Positions 27,450-36,714 of a stretch of 60,898 bases of DNA are shown here, in pieces. The stretch spans positions 1-60,898 of the forward strand of contig WFSE01000044.1 of assembly GCA_015486135.1 (NCBI GenBank). Direction: 5' to 3'. The stretch is from Lentisphaeria bacterium. GTDB taxonomy: Bacteria; Verrucomicrobiota; Lentisphaeria; Victivallales; JAADHT01. A program made the position numbers and the translations under genes. The notes beneath the pieces are model-generated. The model was not told where the DNA came from, did not search any database, and was given only the letters and a program-made list of their open reading frames with translations. The number at the start of each line of letters is the position of its first letter. Position 1 is the first letter of the stretch.

Positions 27450-28234
27450 AGAATATCCCGGACATATTGCGGAAGATAGTGGCGGTCAAGAGGGAGGAGA
27501 TCGCTGGGCTGCGCCGCAACGAGCTGGAAGCGATGTCCCGCGACGCTTCGCCGCCGCGGGATTTCGAGGCTGCTTTGCGCCGGGATGGCATTTCTGTCAT
27601 AGCGGAAGTGAAGAAGGCGTCGCCATCTGCTGGGGAGATTGTAGGTGCCTCGTTCGACCCTGTGGCGATGGCTGAAGCCTACGAGGAGGGCGGAGCCGAC
27701 GCTGTCAGCGTCCTAACCGATCGGCATTTTTTCAAGGGTGAATTGGATTATCTGACCTCTGTCAGGAACGTTGTATCGCTACCAGTGCTCCGGAAAGACT
27801 TTATTATGGATACCGCGCAGGTATTTGAATCTAGGGCGGCTGGGGCGGATTCATTTCTTCTAATCGCTGCTATTTTGGATGCCGCGGAGCTGGCCGATCT
27901 AGTCTCTTTGGGGCGTTCCATGGGAATGGAGCCGCTAGTGGAATCCCACGACGAGAAAGATCTGGAGAAATCCATCGAGGCCGGGGGAAGGATACTAGGG
28001 ATCAACAACAGAAATCTCCATACGTTCGACGTGGATTTAGGCACATCCGAGCGTTTAGCCTCGATAATCGCGAGTAGCGCGGTGGCGGTTTCCGAAAGTG
28101 GGATAGTAGCGCCCAACGACGCCTGGATACTTGCCGACGCAGGTTATGATGCAGTGTTGGTGGGAGAAGCCGTGTCCAAACTGTCCAGCGACGGCAAAAA
28201 GAATTTCATACGCAAAATAAAAGCCTGTGCCTAG
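27446..28234 (+). CDS. trpC: indole-3-glycerol phosphate synthase
   Basis: ISVIAEVKKASPS.G, VLTD..FF.G and LPVLRKDFI motifs. No other trp genes are present in the window. Confidence 0.9.
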   Translation: MKNIPDILRKIVAVKREEIAGLRRNELEAMSRDASPPRDFEAALRRDGISVIAEVKKASPSAGEIVGASFDPVAMAEAYEEGGADAVSVLTDRHFFKGELDYLTSVRNVVSLPVLRKDFIMDTAQVFESRAAGADSFLLIAAILDAAELADLVSLGRSMGMEPLVESHDEKDLEKSIEAGGRILGINNRNLHTFDVDLGTSERLASIIASSAVAVSESGIVAPNDAWILADAGYDAVLVGEAVSKLSSDGKKNFIRKIKACA

Positions 28235-28252
28235 GAAGCGGCCGACCGCTTC
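28235..28252. terminator. short GC hairpin between convergent trpC and kinase genes
   Basis: GAAGCGG-CCGA-CCGCTTC; no T-run on either strand, so terminator function is uncertain. Confidence 0.25.
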
Positions 28253-28258
28253 AAGGGG

Positions 28259-29269
28259 TCAATGGAGTTTCCCGTAGACCTTTTTCAACGCCTTGGCAAC
28301 TTCTTTGAATGTTTGATATCTCCGCTCCGGGGAGCGCGCGACCATTTTGTCGAGCACGGGAGCGAGAGCCGACGAGACACTCGAAGGCAACTTGGAAGCG
28401 ACACTGCTTGTTCTCAAGCTGGCTACATGTTTTCTAGCCAGCTCAAACGCGTCGGTGGCGGAATAATATGTTTTTCGAGCCAGCGCATGGAACATAACCA
28501 TGCCCAAGCTGTATATCTCGCTACTCATATTTTCCGGCATGCCGACGATTCGTTCCGGGGGCATATATAGCGGGGAGCCGTCGATTACATCGGAGCTTTG
28601 ATTGGCGTCTTCGATTCTGATGCATAGTCCGAAATCAAATAGCTTGGCCTTTTTGTCCAAATCGATAATGATGTTTTGGGGCTTCATATCCCTGTACAGA
28701 TATCCGCAATTGTAGATATGCTGTTCGGCGGATAGCAACTGCAACGCCCACACCACAACGTATTTCTGGTTTATGTTTATCCCCAAATCATCTATTATCT
28801 GGTCGAGCCTGTTGCCGGGGCAAAACTCCAGCGCCACGAAGTACTCGTCCTGATATCTCCCGTAGTCCGCCACCGCTACGATATGCGGATGCTGGCCAAA
28901 AGATTTTCCCACAGTGGCTTCTTGAAACAGCGATTCGACAAGATGCTGGTCGTTCGTTTTTTTCCGCGGCAGAACTTTTATCGCATATTCTTGCTTGGGA
29001 TTCTCGCAATGCAGGGCCTTGTAGACGCTTCCCATTCCCCCGCCTCCCAATGGTTGGTAAAGCCAGTAGTTTTTGATTCGATATGGAACGAACTGCGACG
29101 CACCGCATTCGGGGCACTTGACGATGGAAAGCGGAATTCCCTCGGAGAGGTCGCGGATCGCCCCGCAGAACTCGCATTTGTAGTGATGGTCGTTTAGCAA
29201 GTCAAGGTCCGGCTTTGAGCCGAAAGAACCCGATTTGCCAGAACGCTTGCCTCCAAAAAGATTCCACAT
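28259..29269 (-). CDS. Ser/Thr protein kinase with N-terminal double-CxxC zinc ribbon
   Basis: CEFCG...CPECG ribbon, then Hanks motifs GGGGMGSVYKA, YAIKVL, YRDMKPQNIII, DFG and PPE. Confidence 0.85.
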   Translation of the reverse strand: MWNLFGGKRSGKSGSFGSKPDLDLLNDHHYKCEFCGAIRDLSEGIPLSIVKCPECGASQFVPYRIKNYWLYQPLGGGGMGSVYKALHCENPKQEYAIKVLPRKKTNDQHLVESLFQEATVGKSFGQHPHIVAVADYGRYQDEYFVALEFCPGNRLDQIIDDLGININQKYVVVWALQLLSAEQHIYNCGYLYRDMKPQNIIIDLDKKAKLFDFGLCIRIEDANQSSDVIDGSPLYMPPERIVGMPENMSSEIYSLGMVMFHALARKTYYSATDAFELARKHVASLRTSSVASKLPSSVSSALAPVLDKMVARSPERRYQTFKEVAKALKKVYGKLH

Positions 29270-29522
29270 TTATCCGCCCCGCCATCCTCGGTGTGAATTG
29301 CCTATGAGAAGCGTGAAACGCCTTAACCCTACGTCCACCGCGGGAAAATTCAAGCTGCCGAGGAGCCGTGTTGCTTTCGGGGGACCTATCAGCCTCTTTT
29401 TCAAAGGGGAAAAAGCCACAGGAAGCTTGTCGCCAAACACCCCCCCCAACAACCTCTTTAAGTTTCGGGAAATTGTAGTATGGTAAGGCGGGTGTGCCCT
29501 ACAACACGAGCAGGAACGCGAG

Positions 29523-31517
29523 ATGAATGGAATTCCAGTAAATCCAGCGAGCGACAGAAGGGATTTCGCATCCCTCATAGGCGATTGCGCTTTGTCTTTC
29601 CGCATAGCCATTGGCGCGGGAGTGTGCGCCATTACCGGTTTTTTGGTGACCGTGCTGTTCGGGGTGGCGGACCGATGGTTTGATTCGGAGACCTTCGCCC
29701 TTTCTTTAATCCCGAGCTTGATCGCTTTGATTTACTCCATTGGTGCTGGGATGCGCGCCAAATTGGAGATGAAGGCTGGCATTGAAGACGAGGAAAGATA
29801 TCTTCTCGAGCGTAAGGGGTCTTTGGTCGCCAGCGCGTTCGACGAGGAGAACCGCCCCCCCCTGGCTTCCCAGCAATTTTCCGCATACGTTCGCTATGCT
29901 CCAAAAATCATATCCGCAGCGGCCTTTTTAACCCTTCTCGGAGCCCTGTACCTGTTCTGGACTGGCTGGGGAGGAGCAGGTGTTGAGAGCGGAGGAGAGA
30001 GCGGGGGCAATCGTTCCGCGTTTATAGCGGCCGCCATGGCGTTGCTATTTTTCTTTTTCGGGGTGTTTTGTATCGGACAGTCGCGTACGGCTGTGTTCCG
30101 GTGGCTACGTCCCGTAGGCGTATGGATGGTTTTGGCGTCGGTGGTGATGGTGGCTGGAGCCGCCGCGATATTACTGGCTGACGCTGGATACCCCCACTGG
30201 GACACTACTTTATCCAAGTCATTCGCCACGCTTCTAGCGATTTTAACTTTGGAGTTGGCGTCGAATTTCATCATGGAGTTTTATCGTCCCCGGACGGTGC
30301 TCGAGGAGCGCCCCGTGTTTGAAAGTCGCCTGCTGGCGTTGGTGACGGAGCCTGGCGGTTTGCTCAGGAACGTGGCCGACACGCTGGACTACCAGTTCGG
30401 GTTTCAAGTGTCCGCCACGTGGGTATATCGTTTTGCCGAGCGCTCTTTTTCCCCATTGTTGCTATGTTGGTTGGCGCTTTTTTGGCTTGCGACCGCATTT
30501 GACGAGGTCCCCGCCAACTCGTTGGGGGTTCGGGAGGTGTTTGGGGCCAGGGGGGACACGCCTATTGGTCCTGGATTCCACATGAAATGGCCTTGGCCCA
30601 TCGAAACGATAAAGAAGTTTCCAGTGGCCGAAGTCCGTGAAATAGCGGTTGGCGCCGAGCTTAAGAAAAAAAATGGAAAAACTACCAATCCATCAGTGGT
30701 TTTGTGGACCCAGCCCCACTATGCAAAGCAGTACAAGTTTTTAATCGCCAACAATGAAACGGCTTTGGCTCAAAGGAGGAGGGGAAAAAGAAACGACAGC
30801 ACTCCACCAGTATCCTTCATTTCCGCCTATGTTCCGATTCAGTTCAAGATCCGTCCCGGCGAAGTGATCAAGTACGCCTATGAAAACAGCAATCCGGATG
30901 AAACACTCCGATTTTTGGCGGAAAAGGAGGTGTCGTCGTATTTCGCAAGCGTTGATATGCTACAGGTAATGTCAAATGGAAGGAGCGATGCTAGAAAAGA
31001 CATAAAAAGAAGAATTCAGGCTGCCGCTGACACCAACGGACTGGGCGTGGAGATAGTGGCGGTAGCGCTTTTGGATGCCCATCCCCCTACCGGGGAGCAG
31101 CTCCCGGAATCGTTCCAGGCGGTAGTTGGCGCCGAAGAGAAAAAAGAGACTATGATATGGGAGGCAAAACGGGACCGGGCGAAAACAATTCCCGCTGTTG
31201 AGGCCGAGGCTTCCCGACTGGTGGCCGAGGCCAAAGCGACACGAACGGAGAAGATAGAGTTGGCCAAGGCGGAAAAAGTCCGATTTGAAAAACGCTTGGT
31301 GGGCTACCGGGCCATGCCTGAAATGTATTTACTCAATCTCAGGCTGGATTTTTTGGAGCGTTCTTGCATTAATATCAGGAAATACGTTGTAGCCAGCGCA
31401 GCCCGGCGCGACGTTTTTGTTATAAATTTGGAAGAAAAGCGCCGCTTGGACCTTCTAGATGTAGGCGATTTAAGGCAGTCGCCCGCAAACCAAGGTGCCG
31501 AGGGCGAAAGGAAATAA
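29523..31517 (+). CDS. polytopic membrane protein with C-terminal SPFH (band 7/HflK-like) domain
   Basis: About 330 aa with multiple TM helices, then an SPFH-like core (LGVREVFGARGDTPIGPGFHMKWPWPIETIKKF....YVPIQFKIRP..VIKYAY) and a coiled-coil tail. Start uncertain. Confidence 0.65.
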   Translation: MNGIPVNPASDRRDFASLIGDCALSFRIAIGAGVCAITGFLVTVLFGVADRWFDSETFALSLIPSLIALIYSIGAGMRAKLEMKAGIEDEERYLLERKGSLVASAFDEENRPPLASQQFSAYVRYAPKIISAAAFLTLLGALYLFWTGWGGAGVESGGESGGNRSAFIAAAMALLFFFFGVFCIGQSRTAVFRWLRPVGVWMVLASVVMVAGAAAILLADAGYPHWDTTLSKSFATLLAILTLELASNFIMEFYRPRTVLEERPVFESRLLALVTEPGGLLRNVADTLDYQFGFQVSATWVYRFAERSFSPLLLCWLALFWLATAFDEVPANSLGVREVFGARGDTPIGPGFHMKWPWPIETIKKFPVAEVREIAVGAELKKKNGKTTNPSVVLWTQPHYAKQYKFLIANNETALAQRRRGKRNDSTPPVSFISAYVPIQFKIRPGEVIKYAYENSNPDETLRFLAEKEVSSYFASVDMLQVMSNGRSDARKDIKRRIQAAADTNGLGVEIVAVALLDAHPPTGEQLPESFQAVVGAEEKKETMIWEAKRDRAKTIPAVEAEASRLVAEAKATRTEKIELAKAEKVRFEKRLVGYRAMPEMYLLNLRLDFLERSCINIRKYVVASAARRDVFVINLEEKRRLDLLDVGDLRQSPANQGAEGERK

Positions 31518-31559
31518 TTCTCGCAGAGGACTTGGTACACAAAAATAGGGATATAAAGC

Positions 31560-32498
31560 ATGAGCGACGAACATAATCATCCTCCTCCAGATTCCAGCAT
31601 GAGATTGCATTGGCCCACCATTATGCTGGGAATAGCCGTGGCCGTGATTTTCCTCGTGGCCATATTTTCGTTCCAGCTTAAAAACACCGATTTCGCCGTG
31701 GTGTCCACGTTTGGGAAGGTGTCTCTTGTCAAATCTCCTGGATTGCACTGGCGACTTCCGGTCCCATTCCAGAAAATTTATTTCTTTGACAAGCGTCAGC
31801 GCTCGTTCGAGGGAACTGTCGGAAAAATGGAAGAAACCTACACCGCAGATAAGAAGAACATCATCATCGGGATATATGTCAAATACAAGATTGTCGACCC
31901 TATCAGACTATATAACAGCGAACGGACAATTGAGCGAGCTAAAGCGAAACTCAACAGCCTGATGCGAAGTGGCAAGGACGAGATTGTAGGGAAGTACAAA
32001 TTTTCCCAGTTTGTGAACACTGATCCCCGGAAAATGAAACTTGACCAGGTGGAAGACGACATCCAGCGCCTTTTGGCTAGAGTCGCCAAAAATAAGTTCG
32101 GAATAGAGATTCTCTCGGTAGGTATCAAGTCGGTGGAATTGCCACAGAAAGTCACTGCGGACGTGATAAAAAGGATGAAAGCCGAACGCGAGACCGCTGC
32201 TGAGGTGTACTTGGCGGAAGGGAAGAAGACTGCCACGGAAATCAGGACCAACGCCGACACCAAAAAGAAGGAGATGTTGGCGGTGGCCACGGCCAAGGCT
32301 AAATCCATACGGGCGGAGGGAGACGCGGAAGCCGCCACCTATTACGCCGTATTTAACAAGGAGCCCGCCCTAGCGGTCTTTCTCAGGAAACTCGATGCCT
32401 TGGAGAATATTGTCAAGACCAGAACCGTTCTGGTGCTGGACACGAACACGGCTCCCTTTGATTTGTTGACACCAAATGCGGAAAAACTGAAAAAATGA
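31560..32498 (+). CDS. SPFH domain protein, HflC-like
   Basis: One TM helix, then VVSTFGKV...SPGLHWRLPVPFQKIYFFDKR...YVKYKIVDP and a coiled-coil; resembles HflC/prohibitin topology. Confidence 0.75.
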   Translation: MSDEHNHPPPDSSMRLHWPTIMLGIAVAVIFLVAIFSFQLKNTDFAVVSTFGKVSLVKSPGLHWRLPVPFQKIYFFDKRQRSFEGTVGKMEETYTADKKNIIIGIYVKYKIVDPIRLYNSERTIERAKAKLNSLMRSGKDEIVGKYKFSQFVNTDPRKMKLDQVEDDIQRLLARVAKNKFGIEILSVGIKSVELPQKVTADVIKRMKAERETAAEVYLAEGKKTATEIRTNADTKKKEMLAVATAKAKSIRAEGDAEAATYYAVFNKEPALAVFLRKLDALENIVKTRTVLVLDTNTAPFDLLTPNAEKLKK

Positions 32499-33589
32499 CA
32501 GGACATAGCGAGTCCAAAGTAGAAAATGATCGGGGGCTCGGCGGAGGTTTGAAAGCTCTGTCGAAGGCGTTCCATCATGCCTTCCGGCTTTTGGCGGTGT
32601 CTATCGTTGGCCTGATATTATGGTATTTCACCTTTGGTGGGGCGTTTGTGGTGGAGCAGCACGAGCGAGCGCTGGTCGCGACTTTCGGATCGGTGTCGCC
32701 GGAAGTGCGCGGGCCAGGTTGGCACTGGGCGTGGCCCAATCCTATATGCTCGATAATCCGAGTGCCAGCGATGCGGCGGTCGCTTTCCACCGAGAACTTT
32801 TGGTTCTACGAGCAGCCCGGAGCTAAAATCAACGAGAATGCCTACCGTTCCGTCCAGTTGACCCCTGGAAAGGATGGTTACCTCATCACAGGGGACGCCA
32901 ACATAATTCATTCGGCGTGGAAGCTTTTCTATAGGATAACCGATCCTCTTCGGTTTCATATGGCGTGCTATGCGGATTCCGACGAAGACCTCTCCGAGCC
33001 GACGCGGCTTCTGAGGGATACGTTCGAAACGTCGATTCTTCGGGTGTGTGCGTCGAACGACGCCGATTTCACGTTGAAGTCCCCATTATTTAGAAAAGCC
33101 GTTCAGGACGAGGTGTCGCGTCGAATTGCCGCATTGGACATTGGCGTGACGGTTGAGGACGTGGTATTGTCGGGTCGGACTCCCCCGTTGGGGGCGGTCC
33201 GTTCTTTCCAGGCCGTCATCGAGGCCGAGTTGAAAAGTTCCACGAAAAAGCACCAGGCTGAAACCTATGCCATAAAGACGCTTAGCGAGGCGGAATCGGC
33301 GTGCAACGCCGTGATTGCCGCCGCCAACGCGTACAAAACTCAAACCGTGGAATCTGTAAAATCCGATGCGCGAAAATTCGAGAACATACTTGAAAAATAT
33401 CGCTTGAATCCCAATGTTGTCCCCGTCGCGTTGTACTCCAACACACTGTCGAGGGTAATGGCATCCGCGAAGGACATATTTGTTTTGAGGCAAAGCGATG
33501 GAGATCAAGAAGTGAGGCTACTCCTCAACAGAGCCCCGATCAAAGCGGAACAAGAAGGTCCTGGACCCAAGAAACAAAACGGAAATTGA
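32495..33589 (+). CDS. SPFH domain protein, HflK-like
   Basis: ATGA overlap with the upstream gene. One TM helix, then FVVEQHERALVATFG....GPGWHWAWP...ITGDANIIHSAWKLFYRITDP and a coiled-coil. Confidence 0.7.
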   Translation: MTGHSESKVENDRGLGGGLKALSKAFHHAFRLLAVSIVGLILWYFTFGGAFVVEQHERALVATFGSVSPEVRGPGWHWAWPNPICSIIRVPAMRRSLSTENFWFYEQPGAKINENAYRSVQLTPGKDGYLITGDANIIHSAWKLFYRITDPLRFHMACYADSDEDLSEPTRLLRDTFETSILRVCASNDADFTLKSPLFRKAVQDEVSRRIAALDIGVTVEDVVLSGRTPPLGAVRSFQAVIEAELKSSTKKHQAETYAIKTLSEAESACNAVIAAANAYKTQTVESVKSDARKFENILEKYRLNPNVVPVALYSNTLSRVMASAKDIFVLRQSDGDQEVRLLLNRAPIKAEQEGPGPKKQNGN

Positions 33590-33590
33590 T

Positions 33591-36359
33591 ATGACTGAAA
33601 ACAATCCTAATGAATATGCGAGTACGCCCCCTGGCCCAGATGCCGATGCCCCATTAATATCGATGGGGGCGGATATATCGCCGCTTCCCCAAAATCTGCC
33701 TCCTTCAAGCGAGGAGGGAACGGCCTCTAATCCTGCCACCGACGCGCCGTTGATAGCTATGGGGGGAACACCGTCCCTAGATGGTGGCGAGGACAACATG
33801 TTCAAGGTTCCGACTGTTGTTCCCAAAGGGGGCGACACGGGCCATAGTCCAGTGGAAGAGCCGTTGTCCTCGGACACCATAGCAATGAAGCGCCTATCCC
33901 AGAACAAACAGGAGGAGGTGTCGGAGAGTCAGGCCCCGGAGCAAGCGGTCAAAAAGAAAAAGCGGCTTAAAATTTTCTGCCACAATTGTGGCCAAAAGCT
34001 GGATTTGACGGATATCGAATCTTTCTCGGAAGTCGAATGTCCTTCCTGTGCCGCTTCGATTATAGTTCCTAAATGGTTTGACAACTACCTGCTGGAAGAG
34101 GTGTGCGGGAAGGGGGGGATGTCGACTGTATACCGGGGACTGGATCTGGCTCTCGACCGCGAGGTGGCTATCAAGGTATTGAATCGGGATGTCGCCGACC
34201 ACGAAACCAGAAACAAGCTGTTTCTACATGAGGCTAGGACGGCCGCGACATTGAACCATTACGCATTGTTGCCGATATATACTTGCGGGGAATTCGAAGG
34301 CCAGGCATACCTAGTCATGCAATTCATGCCCGGCGGGTCTTTGGAACAGGAGATTGAAACGGCTAAGCATTCCCCGTTGCCCATCAGGGAAATCCGCAAG
34401 TGGTTGAAAGACGCGTCTGAGGGATTGGACAATGCTAGGCGGCATGGCATCATACACCACGACATAAAACCGGGCAACTTGATGCTTGACGACGACCGCA
34501 ACGTTAAAGTCGGGGATTTCGGAATATCCCAAGCGCTGTACGACACCGACGCGCAAGAACTGACTAGCATCACAAAGGCCTGGGGTAGCCCCCACTACGT
34601 CAGTCCGGAAAAAGTGACCGAGAAAAAGGAGTCGTACCTAGGGGATATATATAGCCTCGGGGCGACGTTCTACCATGTTATCACTGGACACACACCTTTT
34701 GACGGCAACGACACCAAAGAGTTGCTCAAGATGAAAACTGTCCGCGACCCCCTCCATATCAGCAAACTCAGGTCCGATATTCCCCAGGACCTCGCGGAAC
34801 TTGTGATGTCCATGATGAACAGGACACCGGAAGCTCGGCCTTCCTATAGGGATATAGTGGCGGAACTCAACGCTATGGGAAAGGGTGGGAGAGCCGAGCC
34901 CAAGCCGGTACGGAAGAGGGCCGCTAGTCCAGCGCCAGCCCAGCGGCCGAAGCCGAGACCTCAGATCGCTACTCCAAGTCGAGCGGTGGCAAATACCACA
35001 AGCGAGAGCCCACGCAAGGCTGGCGGAATGGTTTTACCAGTAATAATACTGCTTCTTATTGGCTTGGGGGCGGTGTTTTTCTTTTTGAACCCGTTGGAGA
35101 AGTTCGGAAAAAGCGGTTCCGGCGATTTGCTCCCGGACATAAGCGATTATTTGGCGCAAGGTAACTCAAAAATGGCCGCGATATTGGCGGAAGCCGCCTT
35201 CAAAGCCGGGGAGGACGCTAAAATCAAATCCCAGGCTGCAGCCCAAATGGCCATGTCCCTCCTGCTGAATGACTATAAGGGAATAAGAGCCAAATGTGGT
35301 TCGTTAGTGGCGGATATGATGACCTCCAAACAAATGACCGATTCCCCCGAAAGGGCCATTGTCGAATATTTAGCGGCCAAAAAGCACGAGCCCCGGCGGT
35401 TACGCGCCAATATCGGATCCGACAACGGAGCCCGTATGGAGGCTGAGGTTGCTATATTTGTCCAAGCCGTGCAGGACAACGCCCCGAAAGAGGTGCAAAA
35501 GACTGCCTACAAAAATTTCATGGCCTTGGCCAGCGTTGTTCCCAGTACGCATTGGGTTGTTCGTTCTTGGGGTAAACGTATGCCCCTGTGGGCCGATTGG
35601 CTGTTTGAGGGCCGGGGGGACAAGAACAATTTGGAGCATCTTATAGCTTCGAAACCACCAGCAATATCGCCAGGGAGCACGCATCACAAAATAGTGTATG
35701 CTTCACAGTCGACATCGAAAGAGATTGTGGCGGGGCAACTTCTCGGCAAGCTTCCCTCGCATATCACATCCAAAACATCGCTGAATCTAGAGGAGCTGTC
35801 CGCCGACTGGTTGAAGGCCCATAGGGCTTTTGCGGCGAGGCGGCCGAGGCCGAGGGACTTCGCTTTTTCCCGGCTCTCCATCAAGAAGTATCTTGACTCT
35901 TTGCCAAAAGAAAAGGCGAAAATCGAACAGGCTAGAGTAGAGCAGATTATGCCGATCAAGGAACATTTTTGCTCAATGACCCTTCACGTTCCATACGAGG
36001 GGGGGCGATTGGTTACAAAATCGGGGAAAACGGTAACGGGAACCATGATGGCCAATAGCAAATATCTCTCCGCCAAACCAAGAGGAGGCGCTAGGACGCG
36101 CGTGTACTGGAACAACATTCCGGCGGGCGAATTTGCAAAGATGCTCGCCCATTATGCGAAACTACGCAAGAACATGGGCTCCGCGGGTACTGGTCCCTCG
36201 GCAAGCCAACGCGTTAAGGAAGCTGGGATGGGAATGCTCCGTGCCGCAGTGTTGTGCGACTGGTACGGCGACTATGAGAATGCCGCGAAATACGCGAAAA
36301 AAGCCGTGGCTCTTGACCCAGCGCTTAAAAATACCGTGGCAGTGATGATGATGGAGTAG
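33591..36359 (+). CDS. large Ser/Thr protein kinase: zinc ribbon - kinase - TM - ~400-aa extracytoplasmic domain with TPR-like ends
   Basis: CHNCG...CPSCA ribbon, then GKGGMSTVYRG, VAIKVL, HHDIKPGNLML, DFG and SPE, then the TM helix MVLPVIILLLIGLGAVFFF. The start lies 1 nt after the HflK-like stop. Confidence 0.85.
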   Translation: MTENNPNEYASTPPGPDADAPLISMGADISPLPQNLPPSSEEGTASNPATDAPLIAMGGTPSLDGGEDNMFKVPTVVPKGGDTGHSPVEEPLSSDTIAMKRLSQNKQEEVSESQAPEQAVKKKKRLKIFCHNCGQKLDLTDIESFSEVECPSCAASIIVPKWFDNYLLEEVCGKGGMSTVYRGLDLALDREVAIKVLNRDVADHETRNKLFLHEARTAATLNHYALLPIYTCGEFEGQAYLVMQFMPGGSLEQEIETAKHSPLPIREIRKWLKDASEGLDNARRHGIIHHDIKPGNLMLDDDRNVKVGDFGISQALYDTDAQELTSITKAWGSPHYVSPEKVTEKKESYLGDIYSLGATFYHVITGHTPFDGNDTKELLKMKTVRDPLHISKLRSDIPQDLAELVMSMMNRTPEARPSYRDIVAELNAMGKGGRAEPKPVRKRAASPAPAQRPKPRPQIATPSRAVANTTSESPRKAGGMVLPVIILLLIGLGAVFFFLNPLEKFGKSGSGDLLPDISDYLAQGNSKMAAILAEAAFKAGEDAKIKSQAAAQMAMSLLLNDYKGIRAKCGSLVADMMTSKQMTDSPERAIVEYLAAKKHEPRRLRANIGSDNGARMEAEVAIFVQAVQDNAPKEVQKTAYKNFMALASVVPSTHWVVRSWGKRMPLWADWLFEGRGDKNNLEHLIASKPPAISPGSTHHKIVYASQSTSKEIVAGQLLGKLPSHITSKTSLNLEELSADWLKAHRAFAARRPRPRDFAFSRLSIKKYLDSLPKEKAKIEQARVEQIMPIKEHFCSMTLHVPYEGGRLVTKSGKTVTGTMMANSKYLSAKPRGGARTRVYWNNIPAGEFAKMLAHYAKLRKNMGSAGTGPSASQRVKEAGMGMLRAAVLCDWYGDYENAAKYAKKAVALDPALKNTVAVMMME

Positions 36360-36426
36360 CTGTTGTCGCCGCATGGTAAAATCAGCGGGCCTCCGTCCTT
36401 GGTGCTTGGGCGGGTTTCCCTTTGTC

Positions 36427-36527
36427 CCCAGTTTGGGAGATTTACTCCCAAAACCTTGGAGATGACACCATGGGAAAAGCATTTAACCCAATAATGATTA
36501 AGCATTTGTCAATTATTCAGCGAGCCC
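36427..36527. repeat. family-A element, one half (A5, reverse orientation)
   Basis: GTTTGGGAGATTTACTCCCAAAACCTTGGAGATGACACC...TTAACCCAATAATGATTAAGCATTTGTCAATTATTCAGCGAGCCC. Confidence 0.75.
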
Positions 36528-36546
36528 TGAATAGGGCTTGAATAGC

Positions 36547-36579
36547 AAAAAAAAAGGCCCCGCTTCGAGAAGCGGGGCC
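36547..36579 (-). terminator. strong intrinsic terminator on the minus strand
   Basis: Minus strand reads GGCCCCGCTT-CTCG-AAGCGGGGCC followed by T9. No annotated minus-strand gene lies upstream of it. Confidence 0.7.
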
Positions 36580-36619
36580 CCGCCCGGTGGCTAGCGCCAC
36601 CAGACTCAAGGGGGGGAAG
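36547..36619 (-). ncRNA. candidate ~70-nt small RNA (C-rich 5' single strand, two hairpins, terminator)
   Basis: Predicted transcript: GUCUUCCCCCCCUUGAGU-CUGGUGGC GCUA GCCACCGG-GC-GGCCCCGCUU CUCG AAGCGGGGCC-U9. It lies between the promoter at 36626-36654 and the terminator. The overlapping 60-aa ORF is not protein-like. Confidence 0.3.
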
Positions 36620-36625
36620 ACCAGT

Positions 36626-36654
36626 AGGTTAACGCCTGAATCGTATTGTGTCAA
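36626..36654 (-). promoter_or_regulatory. sigma70-like promoter candidate (TTGACA-17-TAACCT) driving the candidate sRNA
   Basis: Perfect -35 at 36654-36649, a 17-nt spacer and the -10-like TAACCT at 36631-36626 (minus strand). Confidence 0.35.
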
Positions 36655-36714
36655 ATCAATATTTGTCGTTTTTTCCCTCTTTTGCGAGGGAGTCACCATG
36701 GAGAGAGCTTTCGT

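Noticed and set aside
36517-36699. 60-aa minus-strand ORF
   Set aside because: It spans the two hairpins and the poly-T terminator, so the sequence is better explained as a structured RNA or terminator.
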